Part shown: positions 10,834-19,400 of the stretch, piece after piece
Layout of the letters: each line of letters opens with the position of its first letter
Position numbering within the stretch: position 1 is the stretch's first letter
NCBI GenBank assembly: GCA_947628735.1
Contig: CANRAY010000001.1
Location: 74,391-138,390, forward strand
Length of the DNA stretch: 64,000 nucleotides
Origin: an uncultured Clostridia bacterium
GTDB taxonomy: Bacteria > Bacillota > Clostridia > TANB77 > CAG-508
Direction: 5' to 3'
The notes under the pieces: generated by a model
Told to the model about the DNA's origin: nothing
What the model saw: only the letters and a program-made list of their open reading frames with translations
Databases searched by the model: none
Position numbers and translations under genes: made by a program

Positions 10834-13800
10834 TTAGAATTTATACGAAGTCCAAGCTCCAGTTTTACTAGTACCACCCAGCATTGTATTATAAATTTCC
10901 TTAGCTCGTATTTTTATTATATGTGCATCCGTTGACCAATTTGTTGCTGCAGAAAAATCTATAAAATTAATTGGATAGTCATCTAATTCAAACAGCTTTT
11001 CACCTGAAGATTTACATATCATAATATCATAAACGATAATTCGTCCATTAACTGTTGGCAACACTTCGTCCCAAGTAAATTTCATACCATCTTTTCTTAT
11101 TCCAGTTACACTTGATATATCAGTTTTATAATTATTCTTTATAGTTAAATATGCATATGAACCTCTATAAGTATTACCATTGCTTGTATAATACGCCCTT
11201 ACTCTAACTCTTGTTGCATCTTTTGAATATATTGTTGCTGTATTAGCATGTATAGATTGTGAATTAAAAACTCCGTTCACAGTTTCTACCTCATACATAA
11301 TACCACTGCCTGAAACTTGATTCCAAGTAATTTTCGGATATTTACCAGTACCTCCATTATCAGTTTGTTTCAAGCCAGTTATAGGTTCTGGTATGTCACC
11401 ACTAACAAGTTTTCTTTCAGAATATCCTGAATAACTTTTTAATCCTGGGCTAAAATATTTATATGCTCTTACAGTTATACTATATCCCAAATCATTATAA
11501 TAAATTGTAGAAACATTTATATAATATAAAGCTTGGGTAGAATATGATTTTGAAGTTCCTCTAACTTTACTTACTGAGACTTCATATCCATCTGCATCAT
11601 TTACTTTATTCCATGAAGTAGTTACAGTTGTTCCACTCACAACAGCATTAACTCCTTGAGGAGCATTTATAACATTAAATACTATTTCATCTGACCAAGG
11701 TCCTTTATTATTACTTGCTTTATAAGCTCTAATTTGTGCTGTATATCCAGAGGTAGTATGTACAAGATTAGGAATTGAATAACTATTGCCAGACGTTGTT
11801 TTCGTAGTTGCTTCTGATTCAGAAGCCCCTACCTTATTATATTTTATTTCATATCCCTGTGCACCACTTACAGCATTCCATGATAGTTTTGCCATTTTAT
11901 CCAACATTTGTACCGTAACCCCAGTTACTTTTACAGGTGCTGTTGGTGTTGGATTTGGTGATGGGTTTGATGGTGGGTTTGATGGTGGTGTTGATGGTGG
12001 TGTTGATGATGGTGTTGATACCGTAAATTGTTTTTCTTCTGAATAAGCACCACTTCCAGTTTTTACATTATTATCTATATATGCTTTTACTTTTACTTTA
12101 AATGTTCCTGTTGCATGATTAGATACAGCTGATGTAGTTACTCTACCATTTTTTATTGTTAAAACACTGTTTTTATAAGTTACTTCTGTTCCATTTTCAT
12201 TTAATATATATCCTTTAGCGCCTTCTACTTCATCCCAAGAATATACAACTGTAGTATTATTTGTAACATTAACTTTTAAGTTCTTTACTTGCGCCAATTC
12301 TCTATATACCTCAACTGGATCAGAGAATTCTCCTGTAGCTGTTTGTCTATCCTTCGTACCAGTATAAGCTCTTACTTTTGTTGTATATGAATACCTATAA
12401 TCCTCAATACCATTTGTTTTTGTAGTATTTGTATCCGAATACCATGTGTAGGTATATATTCCTGGTATTACCATATCAATTTGATATCCATCTGCTCCAG
12501 CTACTTTGTTCCATGTAAACGTAACATTTGTTCCAGATACTTTTGCTTCTAATCCTGTTACTTTTGCTAAAGTATTTTTTTCTGGCCTAAACGTTACTGG
12601 CTGTGAATACTCACCATATTGTGGTCTACCATTTTTATCATTTACATATGCTCTTACTTTAACAACATGATCACTCTCTGTTCTTGTAAAACCTGATAAT
12701 GTTTTGGTATTCATACCATTTGGAACATCATAGTTTAGTTCTCCTATACCTGGATATATTAATGTTAGTTGATATCCATCTGCTCCCTCTACTTTATTCC
12801 AATCAAATTTTGCTTCATCTAAATCTACATCAACTGTTAATCCTGTTACCGTTCCTATGTTCACATTTGTTTTTTGGCCATCGCCTCGTTTAAACTCTTC
12901 TTCAGCTGAATATTCTCCATATAGTTTTCTTCCACTTGGCTCTAATACATATGCTCTTACTTTTACATAATATGATTTACTACTTTGGAAAAAGTTAGTA
13001 ACTTTTATCGTCGTTTCACTTGTTGTATAATTTAAATTTGATCCATCTGGAGTTGTAATACATAACCAATATCCTGCTACTCCATCCAATCTATCCCATG
13101 TAAATGTTACATCATTATTATCAATATCAACTTTTAATCCACTTACAATGCCGGGTGTAGTTGGTTCATTTGATGAATCACCACCATTACCATGATCATC
13201 ATCTCCTAAATCAAATGGATCTCTTTCTATAACAATTTGTACTGTATCTGAATATTCATTAGAATAATGTTTTTCACCGTTCTTTATAACAAAAGCCCTT
13301 ACTCTAATTGCATAATAAACACCTCTAGAACAATTATTAAAAGTTGCTTTATTATCTAAAACTTCTCCTAAGACTTTAAATTCTGTTTCATTTGGATTAA
13401 CAGATATTTCATATCCATCAGCACCTTCTAATTTATCCCATGTTACTTGTGCGGTTCTTTCTTTTTTATCCAAATTTACAACCTTTAGATTTTGAACTTT
13501 TCCTAAATCTGCTGTTTGTTCTTGTAGTAATTCTGGAACTTTAATCTCTAATGGTTCAGAAAAATCTGTTTTATATTCTTTTTGACCGTTTACTCTTACA
13601 AATCCTATAACTCTCAAATAATAGGTTTTCCCTTTTTGCATTCCATTTATACTTACACCACTAACATCTGGTTCTCCTATTATACGATAATCTTCTTCTC
13701 CTTCTTCTCTAATTTGAACTTCATAAGCTGTCAAATTTTTAAATACATTCCAGTGTACTATACACTTCTCTCCCGACCAATCATAACGCAGACCAGTAAT

Positions 13801-13899
13801 TGGTTCTTTATTTTCTGCATATATAATCGTTCCAAAAGCTAATAAAATACATACACTAATTAATATAATCTTCAAACAAGTATTCCATCTACTTTTCAT
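10834..13899 (-). CDS. Secreted multi-Fn3-repeat protein (about 10 Fn3-like modules, PST-rich linker, no recognisable anchor)
   Basis: Signal peptide MKSRWNTCLKIILISVCILLAFGTIIYA. Repeated modules of about 95 aa carry W(D/N)KVxGA(D/Q)GY(E/Q)...Y(Y/T)xKVRAY. The linker is TPSSTPPSTPPSNPPSNPSPNPTPTAP. GGAGG lies 8 nt before the ATG at 13899. Confidence 0.8.
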   Translation of the reverse strand: MKSRWNTCLKIILISVCILLAFGTIIYAENKEPITGLRYDWSGEKCIVHWNVFKNLTAYEVQIREEGEEDYRIIGEPDVSGVSINGMQKGKTYYLRVIGFVRVNGQKEYKTDFSEPLEIKVPELLQEQTADLGKVQNLKVVNLDKKERTAQVTWDKLEGADGYEISVNPNETEFKVLGEVLDNKATFNNCSRGVYYAIRVRAFVIKNGEKHYSNEYSDTVQIVIERDPFDLGDDDHGNGGDSSNEPTTPGIVSGLKVDIDNNDVTFTWDRLDGVAGYWLCITTPDGSNLNYTTSETTIKVTNFFQSSKSYYVKVRAYVLEPSGRKLYGEYSAEEEFKRGDGQKTNVNIGTVTGLTVDVDLDEAKFDWNKVEGADGYQLTLIYPGIGELNYDVPNGMNTKTLSGFTRTESDHVVKVRAYVNDKNGRPQYGEYSQPVTFRPEKNTLAKVTGLEAKVSGTNVTFTWNKVAGADGYQIDMVIPGIYTYTWYSDTNTTKTNGIEDYRYSYTTKVRAYTGTKDRQTATGEFSDPVEVYRELAQVKNLKVNVTNNTTVVYSWDEVEGAKGYILNENGTEVTYKNSVLTIKNGRVTTSAVSNHATGTFKVKVKAYIDNNVKTGSGAYSEEKQFTVSTPSSTPPSTPPSNPPSNPSPNPTPTAPVKVTGVTVQMLDKMAKLSWNAVSGAQGYEIKYNKVGASESEATTKTTSGNSYSIPNLVHTTSGYTAQIRAYKASNNKGPWSDEIVFNVINAPQGVNAVVSGTTVTTSWNKVNDADGYEVSVSKVRGTSKSYSTQALYYINVSTIYYNDLGYSITVRAYKYFSPGLKSYSGYSERKLVSGDIPEPITGLKQTDNGGTGKYPKITWNQVSGSGIMYEVETVNGVFNSQSIHANTATIYSKDATRVRVRAYYTSNGNTYRGSYAYLTIKNNYKTDISSVTGIRKDGMKFTWDEVLPTVNGRIIVYDIMICKSSGEKLFELDDYPINFIDFSAATNWSTDAHIIKIRAKEIYNTMLGGTSKTGAWTSYKF
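11941..12019 (-). repeat. Imperfect 12-bp tandem repeat encoding the Pro/Ser/Thr linker
   Basis: Plus strand reads GGTGATGGGTTTGAT GGTGGGTTTGAT GGTGGTGTTGAT GGTGGTGTTGAT GATGGTGTTGAT. Confidence 0.8.
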
Positions 13900-13967
13900 A
13901 AAAACAACCTCCTTCTGCAAGATAAGTCATTCCTCTGGGTAGCTTTTTCATTAGCCCTATATAATTT

Positions 13968-13996
13968 ATTATACTACTTTTCAAAAATGTCGTCAA
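13968..13996 (-). promoter_or_regulatory. Sigma-A-type promoter for the 1028-aa Fn3 gene
   Basis: Minus strand reads TTGACG, a 17-nt spacer, then TATAAT, about 70 nt upstream of the ATG. Confidence 0.55.
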
Positions 13997-14021
13997 ATTT
14001 CAAGGTTTGATATCGTATGAC

Positions 14022-14050
14022 TTGACTAGAATTTTTAAGAATGTTATTAT
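14022..14050 (+). promoter_or_regulatory. Sigma-A-type promoter for the small membrane protein gene
   Basis: TTGACT, a 17-nt spacer, then TATTAT, about 30 nt upstream of the ATG at 14083. Confidence 0.5.
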
Positions 14051-14082
14051 TTATTTATATGAATAAAGGAGATGATAGAAAA

Positions 14083-14340
14083 ATGTCGCCAAATAGTAAA
14101 AGAGAACCAATGTCAGTTAAACTTTTTATTATCATTATGATAATCTTAGTTGTTATATTTATAGTAACTGTTGCACTTATTACATCTTATTATCAGAAAA
14201 AATATGATGAATTAGAAGACTTATATACTTATACACCTGAAGAATTTGATGTAGGAAATATAACTGAACTACCTGAAGCGCAAAAAGAAATCATTTCTTA
14301 TGAAGATTTATTAGAAATGCAAAACTATATTCAAGAATAA
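14083..14340 (+). CDS. Small single-pass membrane protein (85 aa), unknown function
   Basis: AAAGGAG RBS before the ATG at 14083. TM helix LFIIIMIILVVIFIVTVALI and an acidic tail. Only plus-strand gene inside the surface-protein island. Confidence 0.55.
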   Translation: MSPNSKREPMSVKLFIIIMIILVVIFIVTVALITSYYQKKYDELEDLYTYTPEEFDVGNITELPEAQKEIISYEDLLEMQNYIQE

Positions 14341-14344
14341 TACT

Positions 14345-14380
14345 AAAAGCACTAAAATGATAACTCATTTTAGTGCTTTT
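14345..14380. terminator. Bidirectional rho-independent terminator
   Basis: 16-bp stem AAAAGCACTAAAATGA / TCATTTTAGTGCTTTT with a 4-nt loop, between convergent genes. Confidence 0.8.
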
Positions 14381-14404
14381 TATTAACCATTTAATTTTTT
14401 AAAT

Positions 14405-14985
14405 TTATTTTCTATAAATGCTTATTGAATTTGAATAATCTCCATATACTTTTTTACCATTTGTATCATATGTATAAGCTCTTACTTTTGTTGTATAAGA
14501 AGATCCGTATGTTGTAAGTCCTTCAATTTCTTTACTATTTGACTTTGCAGAAATTGTAGTTGTTCCATATCCTGGTATTACCATACTTATTTCATATCCA
14601 TCTGCATTTGTTACTTTGTTCCATGTAATAGTAGCTTTTGTGCCTGTTACTTTTGCTGTTAAACCTGTTACTTTTGCTGGTTTTGTTGTGGCTTTTTCTT
14701 CTTCTTTTCCTTCTCTATATACATAAATTGAATTTGAATAATCTCCATATATCTTTCTACCATTCTTATCATATCCATAAGCTCTTACCTTTGTTGTATA
14801 AGAATATCCATATGTTGTAAGTCCTGATACTTCTCTACTATTTGTAGTAGTATACATTGTAGTTGTTCCATATCCTGGTATTACCATACTTATTTCATAT
14901 CCTGTTGCATTTGCTACTTTATTCCATGTAAGATTAACTGTTGTTCCTGATACCTTTCCTGTTAATCCTGTTACTTTTGCTAATT
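14405..14985 (-). repeat. Tandem duplication (2 x about 290 bp) inside the Fn3 gene
   Basis: Modules 5 and 6 (KVTGLTGKVSGTTVNLTWNKVANATGYEISMVIPGYGTTT... versus KVTGLTAKVTGTKATITWNKVTNADGYEISMVIPGYGTTT...). Long identical DNA runs. Confidence 0.8.
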
Positions 14986-16231
14986 TAGTTTCTGTTTGTT
15001 CAGCTTTAAATGTTACTGATTTAGAATATTCTCCTTCAACTCTACTTCCATTAATATATTTATATGCACATACTTTTACTGTATAATTTGATTTAGTGTC
15101 TGTAATTCCTGAAAAAGATTTTTTAGTAGAAGTTGTTGTATAATATTCTGTTGCTTTTCCTGGTCTTGTTAAAGCAACACGATAACCAGCTACTCCATCT
15201 ACTCTGTTCCATTCTACAGTAACTGTATTATTATATACATCAGCTGTTAATCCAGTTACTTTATCAGGTTTTGTAACATTTGTATCTTGTTTAGCTTTAA
15301 AAGATACTGTTGCTGAATAATTTCCTTCTGTTTCTACTCCGTTAGAATAATTATATGCACATACTTTTACTTTATAATTTGATTTAGTATCTGTAATTCC
15401 TGAGAAAACTTTTTCTGTAGATGTTGTTGTATAATATTCTGTTGCTTTTCCTGGTCTTGTTAAAGCAATACGATAACCAGATACGTTATCTACTTTATTC
15501 CATTTTACAGTAACAACTGTACCATCTACTTCTGCTTTTACTCCTGTTACTGTTGCTGGTTTTTGATTTTTAATATAAACATTTACTTCATTAGAATAAT
15601 CTTCTGAATATTCCTTAGTTCCGTTTACATAACGATATGCTCTTACTTTAAAATAATAATTTTTTTCTTTTGCAAAACCTTGAACAGTTGCTGAAGTTAC
15701 TGCAACATTTCCTAAATATTGATATCCTTTTCCATCAAGATTTACATAAACTTCATATCCACTAGCTTTGCTTACTGAATTCCATGTTAATTTAACTTGC
15801 TCTCCATTTATTGTATATTTTAAATTTTTTACAGTATCAAGATTATTAGAAGGTTCAATTGTTACTGAAGATCTATTAATCTCTATTTCATTTGAATAAT
15901 TAGAAGAATAAGTTCTACTTCCATTACTTGTTCTATAAGCTCTTACTTTAAGAGCATATGTATTATCTTGAATAAATCCTATAACTGTAACGCTATTAGT
16001 ACTAGCATCTCCTAAGTATTGATAACCTCTTTCATTAATATTAACATATACTTCATATCCAGTTGCGTTTGATACAGAATTCCATGTTAAATATGCTCTA
16101 TCTCCCATCATATTATATTTTAGACCTGTTACATTATTAAGTGTAGCCGCGAAAACTTGAGTACTTACGGATAATGCTATAATAACCATCATTAGTATAA
16201 CTCTTAAGAAAAATTTTTTCTCCTTTAACAT
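14405..16231 (-). CDS. Secreted Fn3-array protein (six Fn3-like modules, no anchor)
   Basis: Signal peptide ending QVFAATL. Six modules of about 95 aa occur as three pairs of closely related copies. Module types are shared with the 1028-aa protein (for example VTGLxxKVSGTxVxxTWNKVxxAxGYxIxMVIPG). Confidence 0.8.
   Translation of the reverse strand: MLKEKKFFLRVILMMVIIALSVSTQVFAATLNNVTGLKYNMMGDRAYLTWNSVSNATGYEVYVNINERGYQYLGDASTNSVTVIGFIQDNTYALKVRAYRTSNGSRTYSSNYSNEIEINRSSVTIEPSNNLDTVKNLKYTINGEQVKLTWNSVSKASGYEVYVNLDGKGYQYLGNVAVTSATVQGFAKEKNYYFKVRAYRYVNGTKEYSEDYSNEVNVYIKNQKPATVTGVKAEVDGTVVTVKWNKVDNVSGYRIALTRPGKATEYYTTTSTEKVFSGITDTKSNYKVKVCAYNYSNGVETEGNYSATVSFKAKQDTNVTKPDKVTGLTADVYNNTVTVEWNRVDGVAGYRVALTRPGKATEYYTTTSTKKSFSGITDTKSNYTVKVCAYKYINGSRVEGEYSKSVTFKAEQTETKLAKVTGLTGKVSGTTVNLTWNKVANATGYEISMVIPGYGTTTMYTTTNSREVSGLTTYGYSYTTKVRAYGYDKNGRKIYGDYSNSIYVYREGKEEEKATTKPAKVTGLTAKVTGTKATITWNKVTNADGYEISMVIPGYGTTTISAKSNSKEIEGLTTYGSSYTTKVRAYTYDTNGKKVYGDYSNSISIYRK
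14986..15560 (-). repeat. Tandem duplication (2 x about 290 bp) inside the Fn3 gene
   Basis: Modules 3 and 4 share ALTRPGKATEYYTTTST.K.FSGITDTKSNY.VKVCAY. An identical DNA run GTTGTTGTATAATATTCTGTTGCTTTTCCTGGTCTTGTTAAAGCAA occurs in both copies. Confidence 0.8.
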
Positions 16232-16292
16232 AATTTTCCTCCTTTTATTTATTAGCTAATTCAATATTCCGTACATTCTTTTACACGTTAGT

Positions 16293-16321
16293 ATTTTATC
16301 ATATTTTATGTTTACTGTCAA
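16293..16321 (-). promoter_or_regulatory. Sigma-A-type promoter (extended -10) for the 608-aa Fn3 gene
   Basis: Minus strand reads TTGACA, a 17-nt spacer, then TAAAAT with TG at -15/-14. Confidence 0.55.
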
Positions 16322-16365
16322 CAATTTCTTCCCAAAATCATACTTTCCCTAGAGAAAATACACCA

Positions 16366-16402
16366 AAAGAAAGAACCCAGCTTTTAGCCGAGTTCTTTCT
16401 TT
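16366..16402 (-). terminator. Hairpin terminator after the two-gene giant-protein operon
   Basis: 11-bp stem AAAGAAAGAAC / GTTCTTTCTTT directly downstream of the stop at 16415. Confidence 0.55.
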
Positions 16403-16414
16403 ATTTTTTATTGC

Positions 16415-19400
16415 TTATTTTACTCTCTTTGTTAGTAAAACTTTTCTTATAATAATTATTATACTGCCTATCAACATGATTGCTACTACTATAATTAATA
16501 CATATGGTATATGAATATCACCTGTACCTGTTAAAATACGTAATCTTTCAGAGATATTACTGTCTATTTCTCCTGGTCTATCTGCTAGTGGATTTTGATT
16601 TCCTACTACTGAGAATGCCATTCTTCTACCAACAGTATTTGATGTTTTTACAATTTCTGTTAAGTTTGTATAGTTCATATCATCTTCTTTATTTTCCATT
16701 GTTAACAATTGACTTAATACTAATGTTTTGCTTACACTTTCATCAGGTTTTAATGCTTTATCTAATTCAGCATCTGATGTTTGTATAATTGTATTAAATT
16801 TTCCTAAAGCATCGTAAAAATCTGTATTAACAAGGTTGTTGTCGCTATCATATTGACCTTGATCTGGTACTATTTCATCTCTTGAAATATAACTCCATCC
16901 TGCATTTACTGCATTTCCACTATCATATTTTATATTATTAACTACATAATCTATAACTTGATCTGGAGTAGTTGTTACAACGTCACCAGTTGCCTCACCT
17001 AAGTAATAGAATTCTTCTCCTTCATAATCTGTCTCTCCAACATTCTTGATTTCAATTGCATATGTAATTTGTATTGTAGCACCATGAATTAATTCTTCAC
17101 TAAGTGCAAGGTCTGCCTCACCTTTATCTGCTTGAGCAACAATTTGATCGATTCTATCTTCTCTTAAAGAATATCTATTTTTGCCTGACTGTCCATAATA
17201 ATCTTCAAATTTTCCATTTTGTAGTAAGTCTTCTATCTTGTATGAAGAGTGATCTATCCATGTAACATTGTCAAATGGAGATTCTGCATTTGCATCAAAT
17301 TGTACTTCACCATTTGCTAATGTTAACTTAGCATTTGTAATAGACTTATCAATCTCTAATTGTGCTTTTGGTCTTTCAACAAGTCCGAAGTCTACATTGT
17401 CCATAATATAGTGTCCATCTTCATTGTTTCCATTTAGATATAAGTTTGAATCATTTAGTGCTTGATCTATATCTGTCATATTTCTACTATATTCAAATTC
17501 AATATCCATAACACCAGTTTCAGCTGTCATATAAGTATTTTCAATTAATTCGTCTATAAATTCATCACTATAGTCTCCATATGGAGATGTCAAAACTGAT
17601 GCTTTATGGTTAGTTACTTCTGATTTACTATAATCAATAACTGATAATCTTCCTTTAATATCTTTTGTCTCATATACATCTACACTACCAGTATTATTAT
17701 AATTTCTATTTAAAATATTATCTGTTGTCCATAAGTCTTTTGCATCTGATACTCTTGTGCCATATGAATCTGTAGTAAAGATGTCATAACCATAACTTCC
17801 ACTTGTATTTTGACCTGTTACATCTTGATATCCTCTATATTGTTTTTCAGTATCTCTTTGATAGTCATTTGTAACATCTTTTTGTTCCATATCTTTCTGA
17901 TAAATTGTTGATTTAAAGTCTTGTCCATTATAAGAAACATCATTTGCGCCTAATTCTACAGTATCTGTATTATTTCCATAATAGAAACGAACAACATAGT
18001 CACCTGGAATATAATTTTTAAATTCATATGCTCCATTATCATCTGTAGTTGTTTGATACCATACAAATTCCTCATCTATACCAGTTGAATTCTTTAGTTT
18101 TTCAACTAATTGAATTGTTACACCTGATATTCCAACTTCATTGCCTTCATCATATATACCGTCTCCGATATAAGCATCTCCTGATTGTTCAGTTCTTTGA
18201 TCTTCCCAAACAGTACCATTTATTTGTCTTATATCTTCTTCATCAACAATAACTCTTAATGCAGGAGCTCTATCTGTATCATCTTCAAAATTCTTTTCAA
18301 CTTTTCCTTGTCCTGTTATATCTACCTTTCTTAAGTTACCTGGTGTAGAATCTCTATCAACAAGTCCTGCAACATCTAATCTACCATTTTGACTCTTAAC
18401 AACATCATTTGGAAGTTCTGTATTTTCTGCATAGAATGTAGTAAATCCATTAATTTCCGCATAATTCATTTTTGGAGTTGCTGCAGAATCTCTTGTTTCA
18501 TCATCTAGAATAATTCTATGATCATCATCTTTATTAATTTGGTATGTTAAGTAAATATATGCACTTTCACCTGATGATAATATTTTATTTTCAAGTCCTC
18601 TAACATATACAGCATTATATAATCCATCTGTTGCTATATCACTATGTGTTTTTACACCATACGTACTTGCATCTGAGCTATTAATTGGTCTTTGATTTTC
18701 AATCTTACTAATATCAACTAAATCAATAGCATCATAATATTCTTCTTGTGTAAAATCAGTAGATAAGTTGTCATCTTCATACATTACCCAAGATAAATCT
18801 TCACGATACGTAAATTCTTTATCATAAAAATCTACAACTTCTTTTATTTGGGTTTTTGTTGACATTGACTGATTTCTTACTGTAATTTTATATGTAACAA
18901 ATATTTCTAAAGGATGTGTTTGTGCAGATGGATGATTTGGTGCTAATGATATACCAAAATCATAATCTGTTAAATATAATTCTCTATTATAAGTAGTTCC
19001 ATAGTAGTTATCGTAATCTGACATTCTGATTCTAATATCCCAGTAGCTATCACCATCAATTCCATTAGCTTTATTGTTACCACTACCGTCTGTATCTTCT
19101 TGTACTCTCTTATTATATTTATACACTTCAGTATGACCATTTAGTTTCATAACAGCTCTATAAACATCTTTACGAAGTGCTGAATCATATTCTTGTCTTA
19201 CCCATAATCCTTGATTAATAAAGAATTGTCCTTCATAAATTGGATAGTATATATCACCACCAACCAATTTAGTATTTATATCATAATCAGGATCATTTTG
19301 TTTGTCAGATATTTTAGAATACTCTCTAGGTTGTGTTGATCCATCTGATTGAAGCTCCATAACAGGATTAATGTACATATCATCATATACTGGATATAAA

